Shown here: positions 10,259 through 20,251 of the stretch, one piece after another
Numbering within the stretch: position 1 is the first letter of the stretch
How the letters are laid out: the number at the start of each line of letters is the position of its first letter
NCBI GenBank assembly: GCA_947487055.1
Contig: CANKVN010000005.1
Location: 1-49,356, forward strand
Direction: 5' to 3'
Length of the DNA: 49,356 nt
Origin: Flavobacteriales bacterium
Lineage (GTDB): Bacteria; Bacteroidota; Bacteroidia; NS11-12g; UBA955
The notes under the pieces: model-generated
Told to the model about the DNA's origin: nothing
Databases searched by the model: none
The model's input: only the letters and a program-made list of their open reading frames with translations
Made by a program: the position numbers and the translations under genes

Positions 10259-10731
10259 TGAAAAACTTATCACGTATGGCCATGCTAGTATGCGTTTTGC
10301 TACTAACCACAACCGGCTGCAAAAAGAAAAACCGAGACCTGTACGATCCATCCAGCAAACTTGAAGGCATTCAAGCCGTATGGGTTCTGGACGAGGTAAA
10401 ACAGTTTGATCCGTCGAACAAAGACCTGGTAATTGATGTTACTGAGGCTTTCAAGGGTACAAACCCCATCGAATTGGATGTAAAATCCAATGATTTTACC
10501 TTTGCCTTCAATCAGTCCAACCCATTATTTTTGGGAAGCAGTGGAACCTGGAAATTTGATGACAATGCATTTCCAACCCAAATAGAAATGACAGGAGATG
10601 CCGGCACAAGCGTAGTGAAATTGCTGCAAACCGTGCGCACGATAGATCCTAAACTGCGCATCCAACTAACCCGCTACTGTGGCGGCGGAACCCCCAGCAC
10701 CATTTATCAATTTAGCTTTGTAAGAAAATGA
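10258..10731 (+). CDS. PUL-associated lipoprotein (DUF5004/lipocalin-like)
   Basis: Lipobox TTGC followed by KKK; GTWKFDDNAFPTQI motif; TAATG overlap with susD. Confidence 0.7.
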   Translation: MKNLSRMAMLVCVLLLTTTGCKKKNRDLYDPSSKLEGIQAVWVLDEVKQFDPSNKDLVIDVTEAFKGTNPIELDVKSNDFTFAFNQSNPLFLGSSGTWKFDDNAFPTQIEMTGDAGTSVVKLLQTVRTIDPKLRIQLTRYCGGGTPSTIYQFSFVRK

Positions 10732-11615
10732 AAAACCTACTGATTAAATACTGCACCATTGCTTTGATGCTCATTGTTTCGGGCAATGTTTACGGCCAGG
10801 CTGCTTATTTGGATAAACCCGAAGAATTTGATCCTGCAAAACCCTGTAAAATCATGGTAAACCTAAAACTTACCAAAAACGATTGGGGCATTGTGGATAT
10901 TGCAACAACCGAAGACATGTACTTGTGGATTTGGAAACCCAAAGAACATCCTGCCGGGCATCCAATGGCCAATGGTATCGGATCTGCGGCATGGAAAAGC
11001 AGTAACGATGCACTGAAGATGACCAAAGAAGCTGAAGGTATTTACAGCTATATCTTAACCCCGACCGTTTTCTTCGAAACCGATGCAGCCACTGTTTACA
11101 AAGAAGATTTTAACTTTTTGGTTAAACCCAAGGATGGAGGTGGATATGATGATCCTGACAAAAAAACAGAAGATTTATTAATTTCTGTTGATCCCCCTTC
11201 AGGCCCTGTGGTAAAAATCCAAACCATTCCGGTTGGCAAAGGATTAAAAAAGGACACCATGATTACCACAACTGCCGATGTTTTTAGCGTGATTTACAAC
11301 AACAACGCGGAAGAAAAGGTTACCATGCAGAATGCAACCATGCTGTATGTATTTGCCGTGGCTTATGACTCGGCGGGCACGGCATATAAAATTGCCACCA
11401 ATGCAAAAAAAGCCGGTGATTTCCCCCAACTGAAAATGAAAGAAACAGCGAAAGGTGTCTTTCAGTTCAGCGTTATCCCAGAAAAACTATTTACCATTCC
11501 TGCCGGAAAGAAAATTTACCGGATAGAATACCAAATAGTAAAACCCAACCTGGTGGATTCCAATGATGCCATTGATGATAAAATGATTTACCAGTTCAAC
11601 CAGGGTGGTTGCTAG
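10728..11615 (+). CDS. Secreted protein with two internally similar putative carbohydrate-binding domains
   Basis: Type I signal peptide; repeated LKM.....G.(Y/F).....P..(F/L)F motif; ATGA overlap with the previous gene. Confidence 0.7.
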   Translation: MKNLLIKYCTIALMLIVSGNVYGQAAYLDKPEEFDPAKPCKIMVNLKLTKNDWGIVDIATTEDMYLWIWKPKEHPAGHPMANGIGSAAWKSSNDALKMTKEAEGIYSYILTPTVFFETDAATVYKEDFNFLVKPKDGGGYDDPDKKTEDLLISVDPPSGPVVKIQTIPVGKGLKKDTMITTTADVFSVIYNNNAEEKVTMQNATMLYVFAVAYDSAGTAYKIATNAKKAGDFPQLKMKETAKGVFQFSVIPEKLFTIPAGKKIYRIEYQIVKPNLVDSNDAIDDKMIYQFNQGGC

Positions 11616-11633
11616 GCATTATCCTTATCAAAC

Positions 11634-11669
11634 AAAAAAAGAGGTCGGAAATTCCGACCTCTTTTTTTT
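11634..11669. terminator. Bidirectional intrinsic terminator
   Basis: A7-GAGGTCGGAA-a-TTCCGACCTC-T8 inverted repeat between convergent operons. Confidence 0.93.
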
Positions 11670-11686
11670 GTGTATTCCGGGTAGGT

Positions 11687-13063
11687 TTACTTCACCTGAA
11701 TGACCAAATAACCCCAGGAACATAGTGTATTATTCTGATAGCAGTTTGCGCCTAAAAGCACTTTGCCTTTTGGAACTTTCACCGCAGGTGCGGCCGTTTC
11801 CCCGCCCATATTCAAACAAACCCACACCTTATTCCCTTTGGATTCACGTGTAAAAATCAACTGGTCTTTGCGCTTGTGTTTGCACATCTTAATCGCATTC
11901 AAATCAGCTGATGTACCCAAAGCAGGCTGGCTGTTGCGCAAGCTACACAGCTGCTGATAAAAGCCAAAATAATCCTCATTGGTCTGCGGTTGAATGGTGT
12001 CTTTTTCAAAAAACTTCAAACGCTTTCGGTTGCCATATTCCTGACCTGTATAAAGCAACGGAATACCCGGTGCCGTAAACGTGTAGGCCGCCATCACTTT
12101 CCATGCAGGTCCCATGCGGTCAAACTCTGTACCTTTCCAGCTGTTTTCATCGTGGTTGGTGATGAAATTCATGGCATATACATTCTTTGGAAATTTCTTT
12201 TGCTTACGCATTAGCACCGTGTCAATATACCATGCGGTTTTACTTCCATGAGACACTTGATTAAGCACATGGTGCATTTCCCATCCATAATAGGCATTGA
12301 ATGCGCCCTTAAACTGGTTCATGTCATGCTCTTCTGATTCAGCCAGCATAAAAATAGGTTTCACTGTTTCTATTTCTTTTCGTGCTGCATCCCAAAAATC
12401 TGAGGGCACACTCATGGCAACATCGCAGCGAAACCCATCGATATTGCAATTTGCAACCCAAAACTTCATATCCTGAATCATGGCCTGCCGCATACCGCTG
12501 CTGCCATAGTTTAGGTCTGCCACATCGGTCCAGCCCATGCTGCTGCCATCATCGTTCAGCGGATCGGTAATATTGCCTTTTTTATCCTTTGTGAACCAAT
12601 CCGGGTGTGCAGCAATCCAGGGATGATCCCAGGCTGTGTGATTGCCTACCCAATCGAGGATAACCTTCATGCCCATACCATGACACTTTTTCACCAGCTC
12701 ATTAAATTCTTCCATGGTTCCAAATTTCGGATTCACCATGGTGTAGTTGCTGATGGAATATGGACTGCCCAGGTATTGCGCCCTCTCTTCTGGATTGGTA
12801 ATGTCTTCCACAAACAAATCCCCTTTGGCTTTGCGTTTTTTCTCACCGATAGGCTGAACCGGCATGAACCACAACACATTCACACCCAGTTGCTTTAATT
12901 TGGGCAGTTCGCGACTAAAAGCGTCAATGGTGCCTTCGGGTGTGTGGTGACGAAGGTTTACCTCATAAATGATGGGATTTTTGGGCCAGTCGGTGGGTTG
13001 TGCAACCGCTGAGTGTAACCCAAGCGCCAGCAAACCAGCCAGCAGTATGATATTCTTTTTCAT
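11687..13063 (-). CDS. GH13 alpha-amylase-family glycosidase (secreted or periplasmic)
   Basis: Signal peptide; IYEVNLR, DWVGNHT, DGFRCDVA, MLAE, TNHDE (catalytic triad intact). Confidence 0.95.
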   Translation of the reverse strand: MKKNIILLAGLLALGLHSAVAQPTDWPKNPIIYEVNLRHHTPEGTIDAFSRELPKLKQLGVNVLWFMPVQPIGEKKRKAKGDLFVEDITNPEERAQYLGSPYSISNYTMVNPKFGTMEEFNELVKKCHGMGMKVILDWVGNHTAWDHPWIAAHPDWFTKDKKGNITDPLNDDGSSMGWTDVADLNYGSSGMRQAMIQDMKFWVANCNIDGFRCDVAMSVPSDFWDAARKEIETVKPIFMLAESEEHDMNQFKGAFNAYYGWEMHHVLNQVSHGSKTAWYIDTVLMRKQKKFPKNVYAMNFITNHDENSWKGTEFDRMGPAWKVMAAYTFTAPGIPLLYTGQEYGNRKRLKFFEKDTIQPQTNEDYFGFYQQLCSLRNSQPALGTSADLNAIKMCKHKRKDQLIFTRESKGNKVWVCLNMGGETAAPAVKVPKGKVLLGANCYQNNTLCSWGYLVIQVK

Positions 13064-13064
13064 T

Positions 13065-15533
13065 TTAGTTGTACGTATAAATAAAAATTGCGGATTGATG
13101 GGGTTTAAGCATTGAACCTTTATCCACGCTCAATAAATCTGCTTTGTCCGTGTTTGACCAAATGGCTTTTTGTTTCATGCCAAAACCATTGACCATTCTG
13201 TGCAAATCCAGCAGCTCCATATTGTTTTTGCTCCTGTTAATAGCCATTACCGCCACTTCATTAAGGTAGGTGCGGCAAACCACAACCTGCGAATCGTTGC
13301 AGCTCAAAAACTTGTAATCTCCATAACAAAGCGCCATACTGCCCGTTCTTAGTTTGGCCAGATCCGTAATTTTTGTTTTAAATGCTGATTGCTGCGAGGT
13401 TAAACCTGAAAACTGCATCATGTTTCTGTTTCCGGGGTCATTTCCGCCGGTCATGCCAATTTCGTCGCCATAATACACAACAGGAATTCCCGGTGAAAAG
13501 AACAACCAGGTGTAGAAATGCAGAAATTTCTGGTATGCAGAATCTGTTTTCAAGGGCAAATCACCAAGATGTCCCATTTTTTTACCTTCGTTCCATGCTG
13601 TCTTTCCGGTAATGGTACCGTCGGCATACGACATAAAACGAGGCTTATCCTGATTTCCCGTTATGTTCCCCATTAAATGATGGTATCCATACTGCCCCAA
13701 ACTTCTCATTTGCTCGGTTTGAAGCCCTGTAAATGACCCATCCCATGCAAAGGTGCGCATCATTGCATCGTAGAGGTTAAAATCGAACTGTGCATCGAGC
13801 AATCCGTATCCCAGATAGGAGCCAATTAACTTTGTATTACCATAGGTTTCTCCAATCTGATAAATCCGCTGTTTCCGATTGGACTCAATTTCAGTGCGTA
13901 TTTTAGCCGTAAGTAAACGCGTGAAATTTTCAGGGATATGCTTGGTGGCATCGTGGCGGAAACCATCAAACTCAAATGCACGCAACCAGTACAAGGCTGA
14001 ATCTACCATATAGGAAGCCACTTCAGGCCTTCCAAGATCGAGGGTGGGCAGGAAGGTATCAAACCAGGTGGTGAGCCGTTGTTCATCCCACAGCTCCGTG
14101 TTCATGCGGCCGTTGGGCAAATACAAGGGCGTAACCCAATCAGGATGCTGCTTGTAGATAGGATGCTCCTTGTGCACATGGTGCGCCACATAATCAAGGT
14201 AAACGTTGTTGTTGCGCCGGTGCGCTTCAGTCAGCATTTCTGTCAGGGCTGTTGCATTTCCAAACCTCTCATCAATGAGCGTATTGGAAACAGGCCAGTA
14301 ACCATGATAGCCACTGAACTTGACATGCGGATCAGGAAAATCGCCCCAGGCACCTTTTGGATTTTTTGAAATGGGACTAATCCAAATGGCATTCATTCCC
14401 AGGCTGTCGAAATATCCGGTCTGAATTTTTTGCGTTATGCCCTGAATATCGCCGCCCTGAAAATTGGTTCTGTGCGTTACCAATGGATGGTCGAGCGGTT
14501 TGTCATTGGTTTTGTCGCCGTTGTTAAAGCGGTCAATAAACGCAAAATACATTACGGTTTTTTCCAGGTCTGCCCGGGAAAGCTGTTTTGGGTCTGTTAC
14601 GGGCTTTCCATATTCAAGCGGAATCAGCAGGTCGTTTCCGTGAACAAATTCTGTTGCACAAAAAACCCTGATAAAGCTTCTCTTCACAGATTTCGCCTCG
14701 TCAGGGATGAACAATTCCGGGTTATACGGCTGTATCACCCGGTCTTTATCCGCGCTTCTTGCAGTTTGATAGATAATTCGGTTATTCCAAAGTGCGATAA
14801 GATGAAACGATGCTGTACCCAGGTTTTCTGTTTGTTGGACCAAAATACCCTTATCCGAAGGAACAGCCGTGATATGCGGTGTTGCGCGGGTTTCTTTCAC
14901 CGATAAAACGGAGTTTTCACCGCCAAAACCATTGCTTCTTCTAACCGGATTTGCAACATCAAAAACCCCTTTCCCATCCACCACAAACTGATAGCCATAT
15001 TCGCCGGGATCCAGTGAAAGTGTTGCTGTATATATAGAATCTGTAACCTTCTCCAGCGGATGCGATTTAGCGTTCCATGCGTTGAAATCGCCTTTCACAA
15101 AAACCCCTTTCTCACATTTGCCGCTGTAGCGGAAGGTCACGGGAATCTGCACCGGCTTTTTCAGTATCAAATCACATCGGGTGCGGTCGGTAATATTGAG
15201 CAAAGAAAGGCCATACAAGACCCCATTCTCACCACCCTTGGGGCAGATTACCTTCAGTTCTTGCGTGCTATCGTTTGAAAAAACACTAAGCGGGAGATTG
15301 CCGGAAATTGCGGGATTTCTCCGTGGGTCCTGATCCAAAACCAAAACGCCCACTTTCTTCCCAGGGAAAATATCATTGGTGGGTATTTGCGTGGTGTCGG
15401 CCGAGAGCCATATGGGCATTACCGGAGCATAAAGCCCTGCAAAAGGTGTTATGCGGTTTTTTGTGCTAAAAACCCCACAGGCACTCAATGTGGCAGTCAG
15501 GGTGAACAGCAATATGCGCAATGGCGTTTTCAT
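13065..15533 (-). CDS. GH13 lipoprotein with CBM48-like glycogen-binding domain
   Basis: Lipobox LSAC; VFVKGDFNAW...PGEYGYQFVVDG; DRFNNGD, GGDIQGI, YHGYW, DGFRHDATKH, GETY, GNQD. Confidence 0.93.
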   Translation of the reverse strand: MKTPLRILLFTLTATLSACGVFSTKNRITPFAGLYAPVMPIWLSADTTQIPTNDIFPGKKVGVLVLDQDPRRNPAISGNLPLSVFSNDSTQELKVICPKGGENGVLYGLSLLNITDRTRCDLILKKPVQIPVTFRYSGKCEKGVFVKGDFNAWNAKSHPLEKVTDSIYTATLSLDPGEYGYQFVVDGKGVFDVANPVRRSNGFGGENSVLSVKETRATPHITAVPSDKGILVQQTENLGTASFHLIALWNNRIIYQTARSADKDRVIQPYNPELFIPDEAKSVKRSFIRVFCATEFVHGNDLLIPLEYGKPVTDPKQLSRADLEKTVMYFAFIDRFNNGDKTNDKPLDHPLVTHRTNFQGGDIQGITQKIQTGYFDSLGMNAIWISPISKNPKGAWGDFPDPHVKFSGYHGYWPVSNTLIDERFGNATALTEMLTEAHRRNNNVYLDYVAHHVHKEHPIYKQHPDWVTPLYLPNGRMNTELWDEQRLTTWFDTFLPTLDLGRPEVASYMVDSALYWLRAFEFDGFRHDATKHIPENFTRLLTAKIRTEIESNRKQRIYQIGETYGNTKLIGSYLGYGLLDAQFDFNLYDAMMRTFAWDGSFTGLQTEQMRSLGQYGYHHLMGNITGNQDKPRFMSYADGTITGKTAWNEGKKMGHLGDLPLKTDSAYQKFLHFYTWLFFSPGIPVVYYGDEIGMTGGNDPGNRNMMQFSGLTSQQSAFKTKITDLAKLRTGSMALCYGDYKFLSCNDSQVVVCRTYLNEVAVMAINRSKNNMELLDLHRMVNGFGMKQKAIWSNTDKADLLSVDKGSMLKPHQSAIFIYTYN

Positions 15534-17827
15534 CCGATTTGTATATCGCCGCCAGCGTTGATTTTATAAGGTTTTGAGTTGCAAACCAACTCGGCTTCCA
15601 ACCCTTCTATATTTTGTACCTCAACTCCTTTTTTATCGATTTTGATACCGAACAGATTTCCCCTAAAACGCAGGTTGAAACGGATGCTTTTCCATTCATT
15701 GGGCAAAGCCGGATTAATGTGGAGCTTTCCGTTGCGAATGCGAATGCCGGCAAACCCTTTGCTGATGGTCATCCAGGTTCCGGCCATACTCGTAATGTGG
15801 CATCCGTCGCAGGTGTCGTTGTTGATATCGTTCAAATCCAGTCTGGCGGTTCGCAAGTAAAATTCGTATGCTTTTTCAGGACGCCCGATTTTATTGGCCA
15901 GAATACTGTGTATGCATGGCGAGAGGGAAGACTCATGCACTGTAAACTGCTCATAAAATTCAAAATGTCTGCGGTGAGAATCCATGTCAAAATCATCCTC
16001 AAAAAAGTAGAACCCCTGCAAAACATCTGCCTGTTTGATATAACAGCTTCTCAGAATACGATCCCAGCTCCAGTGCTCCACAATGGGGCGTTGCGATGCG
16101 GGTAGTTCTGAAACGGGTATGAGTTCCTTGTCCAGAAAACCATCCTGTTGAAGGAAAACTTCCTGCTTTTCATCGAAGGGGTAATACATATTGGCCTGAA
16201 TGTTCAGCCATTTTTCAACTTCAGCGCTATCTAAACCGGTTTTAGCGGTGATTTCTGAAAGGCTTTTGGCATCAGGACCTCCCAGTTTTTCATATTGTTC
16301 AGCCGCATAGCGCATGCACCAGGCAGCCATGTAGTTGGTGTACCAGTTGTTGTTGATGTTGTTTTCAAACTCATTGGGTCCGGTAACCCCCAGCATTACG
16401 TATTGTTGCTTGTCGCTGGACCAGTTTACACGCTGGGCCCAGAAACGGGCTATGCCTATGAGTACTTCCAGGCCATTTGTAGCCATGTAATCCTCATCGC
16501 CGGTATAGTTGATGTAATCATAAATGGCATACGCAATGGCTCCGTTTCGGTGTATTTCCTCGAAGGTAATTTCCCATTCGTTGTGGCACTCCTCGCCGTT
16601 CATGGTCACCATAGGATACAAAGCAGCGCCACCGATAAACCCTAATTTTTGGGCGTTTTCTATGGCCTTGGGCAATTGCTGATAGCGGTAAAGCAACAAA
16701 TTCCTGGAAATCTCAGGTGATGCAGTTCCCAAGTAAAAAGGAATACAATATGCTTCGGTGTCCCAGTAGGTACTTCCACCATATTTTTCTCCGGTAAATC
16801 CTTTTGGACCTATGTTAAGCCGGGCATCATCACCGGTATAGGTTTGAAATAGCTGAAAAATATTGAACCTGATGCCTTGTTGTGCCGATTCATCGCCCTC
16901 AATTTCAATATCGCAGTTTTTCCAAATCTCATTCCAGGCTTCGGACTGCTCTGTCTTTAAGGCATCGAACCCGGTGCGGTATGCTTCTTCAATTTCTTGA
17001 AGTCCCTGCGTTTCAAATTCACTGCGTTTTACATACAAATCGCTCTGGATGATGCTGTATTTTTCAAACGAGAGGGTTTCACCCGCCTTGAGTTCAAATA
17101 CATACTCCATGCCAGCATATAAATCATTTTTCGGATAGGCCGTTTTAATGGGCGAATGTCCCTGATTCCACTTGTGCTGGCAAAGGGCATAGGCTCCAAA
17201 TCCTGTTTTACGGGTTTCCTGCGAGAGCCAGGCAATGGGTAAATCGAAGTACCCGGTTTGGGTATTTTCCCAAAAAAACTCATCGTAATTGGCATCCTGA
17301 TTGCGCACATCGCCATTCAGTCCGCTGCATATTTTTACGGTGCAATCCTTTGCTGCTGTTATGCTGTATCGAAGGGCACCAAGGTTTTTTCGGCGCATGC
17401 TGCAGAAGCGCTCGGTTTCGGCATGAATGGTATTTTCATCAGAAACCGCTACCGAAAACCGCCTTCTCAACAGCCCATTCTTCATATCCAGTTCGCGGGT
17501 GAATTCGGAAGCCGGCAATTTGGCCAGATCCAGGGTGGTGCCATCAACTTCAATGTCCACGCTATTCCAGCTGACCGAATTGAGCACTTTGGCAAAATAT
17601 TCCGGGTACCCATTTTTCCACCAGCCAACCCTTGTTTTATCGGGATAATAAACCCCTGCCAGATAAGAACCCCTGAGGGTTGAACCGGAATACTGCTCTT
17701 CAAAATTGGCACGTTGCCCCATGCGGCCATTGCCTATGCTAAACAGGCTCTCCGACACTTTATGCAATGCGGGATCAAAGCCTTCTTCAATAAGTTTCCA
17801 CGGATCTATTTTTATGTAATCCTTCAT
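15530..17827 (-). CDS. GH65 maltose phosphorylase
   Basis: ESLFSIGNG, KGFTGEKYGGSTYWDTE, WEITFEEIHRNG, KQADV, HESSLS; adjacent to beta-PGM. Confidence 0.95.
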   Translation of the reverse strand: MKDYIKIDPWKLIEEGFDPALHKVSESLFSIGNGRMGQRANFEEQYSGSTLRGSYLAGVYYPDKTRVGWWKNGYPEYFAKVLNSVSWNSVDIEVDGTTLDLAKLPASEFTRELDMKNGLLRRRFSVAVSDENTIHAETERFCSMRRKNLGALRYSITAAKDCTVKICSGLNGDVRNQDANYDEFFWENTQTGYFDLPIAWLSQETRKTGFGAYALCQHKWNQGHSPIKTAYPKNDLYAGMEYVFELKAGETLSFEKYSIIQSDLYVKRSEFETQGLQEIEEAYRTGFDALKTEQSEAWNEIWKNCDIEIEGDESAQQGIRFNIFQLFQTYTGDDARLNIGPKGFTGEKYGGSTYWDTEAYCIPFYLGTASPEISRNLLLYRYQQLPKAIENAQKLGFIGGAALYPMVTMNGEECHNEWEITFEEIHRNGAIAYAIYDYINYTGDEDYMATNGLEVLIGIARFWAQRVNWSSDKQQYVMLGVTGPNEFENNINNNWYTNYMAAWCMRYAAEQYEKLGGPDAKSLSEITAKTGLDSAEVEKWLNIQANMYYPFDEKQEVFLQQDGFLDKELIPVSELPASQRPIVEHWSWDRILRSCYIKQADVLQGFYFFEDDFDMDSHRRHFEFYEQFTVHESSLSPCIHSILANKIGRPEKAYEFYLRTARLDLNDINNDTCDGCHITSMAGTWMTISKGFAGIRIRNGKLHINPALPNEWKSIRFNLRFRGNLFGIKIDKKGVEVQNIEGLEAELVCNSKPYKINAGGDIQIG

Positions 17828-17837
17828 CTGTTGGTTT

Positions 17838-18488
17838 TCAATTTAAGTGTGATAAGAGGTATTTGGTATCCACCCCTATCAAATTCTGAACTTCATGGTC
17901 TGCACCAATTAAATTTCCATGCGCACTAATCCCCAGCACCTTCATTCCGGCTGATTTGGCGGCCTCTACCCCGGCTTCTGCATCTTCCACCACCAAACAG
18001 GATTCAGGATTTAAGCCCAGCGAGGCTGCCGCCAGCAGAAATACCTCCGGATCCGGCTTGGTCTGTTTCACCATTGTTCCATCCACGACAACATCAAAAA
18101 AAGGCATCAACCCTATTTTCGAGAGGATGAAATTGGCATTTTTAGAACTGCTTCCCACAGCGGTTTTCACCCCTTGACCAATCAGGTGATGCAGAAAATC
18201 AGTGACTCCCGGAAGTATATCCCTGCTGCTTAATGACTGTATCAAATCCAGATACAACCCATTCTTTTCAACTAGCAACCGGTTTTTCATTTCAGGGTCC
18301 AGTGCTATCCCTGCCCATGATAAAATATGGTCTAAACTTTCTGAACGGCTAACCCCTTTAAGTTGTTCGTTGTGTTTTTCGGTTAGCTCAAAGTTGAATG
18401 AGGATGCTATTTGCTTCCAGGATTGATAATGGTACACTGCCGTATCTGTCAGCACACCATCGAGGTCGAATATTACCCCTTGAATCAT
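17838..18488 (-). CDS. pgmB: Beta-phosphoglucomutase
   Basis: HAD motifs FDLDGVLTDTA..H, LKGVSR..SL, SSKNA, KPDPEVF, EDAEAG. Confidence 0.95.
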   Translation of the reverse strand: MIQGVIFDLDGVLTDTAVYHYQSWKQIASSFNFELTEKHNEQLKGVSRSESLDHILSWAGIALDPEMKNRLLVEKNGLYLDLIQSLSSRDILPGVTDFLHHLIGQGVKTAVGSSSKNANFILSKIGLMPFFDVVVDGTMVKQTKPDPEVFLLAAASLGLNPESCLVVEDAEAGVEAAKSAGMKVLGISAHGNLIGADHEVQNLIGVDTKYLLSHLN

Positions 18489-18493
18489 ATGAC

Positions 18494-19357
18494 TTAAGAA
18501 TTGGTGGGCACAGATTCCTGGGCCAAATGGTATTTCAATAAAGACATCCCTGGATTTTTATCAATTACACCCAGTTGAAAGCCTTTTTCCGAAGCAACTT
18601 TCTGCAAAATCCCGGTAAAGTAAAAAGCCACCGAACCCACAAAATGAACAGGCACTTCATGGTAATTGGGATAGCATTTAATGTGTATTTCAGCAAAATG
18701 AGACAGCCCTTTGTATACCATTTCTTTTATGTAAGCGTGGTCTTTGTGAGGAACAATAAACCGCACGAAGGAGGCCAGATAAACATTGGCTTTATTGGTG
18801 TTATACACCTGGTGAAAAATTTCCTCTTTTTGCGGATGATATTGAGCAACAAATGCCTCATTTAGTTCTGCAGGCAATCTTTTGTATAAATAATCGGCCA
18901 GCAATTGCTTGCCAAAGTAGGAACCGCTGCCTTCATCGCCCAGGATATAACCCAGTGCCGGCACCACTTCCGAAACGGTTTCTCCGTCATAATAGCAGCT
19001 GTTGCTACCGGTACCGATTATGCAGGTGATTGCACTGCGGCCATCGTAAGTGGCAAACGCTGCAGCGTTCAAATCATGGTTTACATGGCACCTTGCCGTT
19101 GTAAAAAACTGTTGCAGTGCTGTTAGCACAACTGAATTCCTTTCTTCACTGGAACAACCAGCACCGTAGAAAAAAACCGCATCTAACTGACCGGCAATGC
19201 TGCTTAATGTTTCATTCGCCCTGAGGTTAGACAGAATTTCATCCGGCTGGTGAAAAAAAGGATTGAAACCCATGGTATGGGTCTCCTGGGTTTGACCGCT
19301 GTTGTTGCTAATAAGCCAATCACATTTGGTAGAGCCACTTTCCGCTACAATAATCAT
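18494..19357 (-). CDS. BadF/BadG/BcrA/BcrD-type ASKHA sugar kinase (GlcNAc-kinase-like, probable glucokinase here)
   Basis: AESGSTKCDW, GFNP, FYGAGCS, GTGSNSC, LGYILGDEGSG, FVGSVA; ATG at 19357. Confidence 0.88.
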   Translation of the reverse strand: MIIVAESGSTKCDWLISNNSGQTQETHTMGFNPFFHQPDEILSNLRANETLSSIAGQLDAVFFYGAGCSSEERNSVVLTALQQFFTTARCHVNHDLNAAAFATYDGRSAITCIIGTGSNSCYYDGETVSEVVPALGYILGDEGSGSYFGKQLLADYLYKRLPAELNEAFVAQYHPQKEEIFHQVYNTNKANVYLASFVRFIVPHKDHAYIKEMVYKGLSHFAEIHIKCYPNYHEVPVHFVGSVAFYFTGILQKVASEKGFQLGVIDKNPGMSLLKYHLAQESVPTNS

Positions 19358-19372
19358 AATACGCCTTTTCTG

Positions 19373-19395
19373 CAAACTTAGTGTAATTATTACAC
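19373..19395. promoter_or_regulatory. Putative NrtR-family operator 2, abutting the kinase-operon promoter
   Basis: Perfect palindrome GTGTAAT-T-ATTACAC (19381-19395); minus-strand TAAGTTTG at 19373-19380; lies between the divergent kinase operon and the regulator gene. Confidence 0.85.
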
Positions 19396-19475
19396 AAACC
19401 CAACCAATTTATGCAGATGGTTTCCGGTAATTTCCTAAATTATTTATATTTGTGAACCCCTCGGTTTAATCTGCT

Positions 19476-20186
19476 ATGTTTCCCCATTCTGTCAATCCCA
19501 ATGTTTCTGTCGATTGTGTCATTTTCAGTTTCAACAATCATGAACTGGAAGTTTTGCTTATTGAAAGATCGGCAGGCAACACCGATAAAGTAGATGAGGT
19601 GAAAGCCCTCCCCGGTAACCTTATTTACGAAGACGAAACCCTCAATACAGCAGCCGGTCGGGTGCTTACCGAGTTAACCGGTTTAGACAATATTTACCTC
19701 GAACAGGTATTTACCTTCGGAGATCCTGACAGGATTAGCAAACAGCACGACCAGGATTGGTTGAGAAGCATCCGTGCCCACCCGGAAGCAAGGGTTATTA
19801 CCGTGGCATACACTTCGTTAATCAACAAGGAGCGGCACAACCTGTCACCCTCCAGCTTTGCCAGAAATGCCGTTTGGATAAAGGTTAAAGATGTACCACA
19901 ACTCGGTTTCGACCACAACGAAATTTTGGAAAAAGCCCTGAGTCACCTGAAACAAAAAATTTACATAGAACCTTTGGGATACGAGCTTTTGCCCGATCGC
20001 TTTACCCTTGCACAACTGCAAAAACTCTATGAAGCCATCCTGGACGATAACTTCGATAAGCGTAATTTTCGCCGAAAAATATTGCGTTCGTCATTCATCA
20101 TTCCGCTGAATGAAAAACAACAGGGCGTGGCCCATAAACCTGCCGGCTTGTACCGTTTCGACAAGTCTCAATTTCACCGTATATAA
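19476..20186 (+). CDS. NrtR-family (Nudix + winged HTH) transcriptional regulator
   Basis: VSVDCVIF, degenerate Nudix box PGNLIYEDETLNTAAGRVLTELTGL, FGDPDR, FDH, FTLAQLQKLYEAIL...DKRNFRRK. Confidence 0.94.
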   Translation: MFPHSVNPNVSVDCVIFSFNNHELEVLLIERSAGNTDKVDEVKALPGNLIYEDETLNTAAGRVLTELTGLDNIYLEQVFTFGDPDRISKQHDQDWLRSIRAHPEARVITVAYTSLINKERHNLSPSSFARNAVWIKVKDVPQLGFDHNEILEKALSHLKQKIYIEPLGYELLPDRFTLAQLQKLYEAILDDNFDKRNFRRKILRSSFIIPLNEKQQGVAHKPAGLYRFDKSQFHRI

Positions 20187-20197
20187 CCGATTTTAAA

Positions 20198-20214
20198 AGT
20201 GTTGATTTGACACT
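20198..20214. promoter_or_regulatory. Putative NrtR-family operator 3, upstream of the MFS transporter
   Basis: AGTGT-TGATTTG-ACACT in the 65-bp gap between the regulator and the transporter. Confidence 0.8.
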
Positions 20215-20251
20215 ATGAAAGCTAATCCTTAGATTGCGCTTCAATTTGGTT

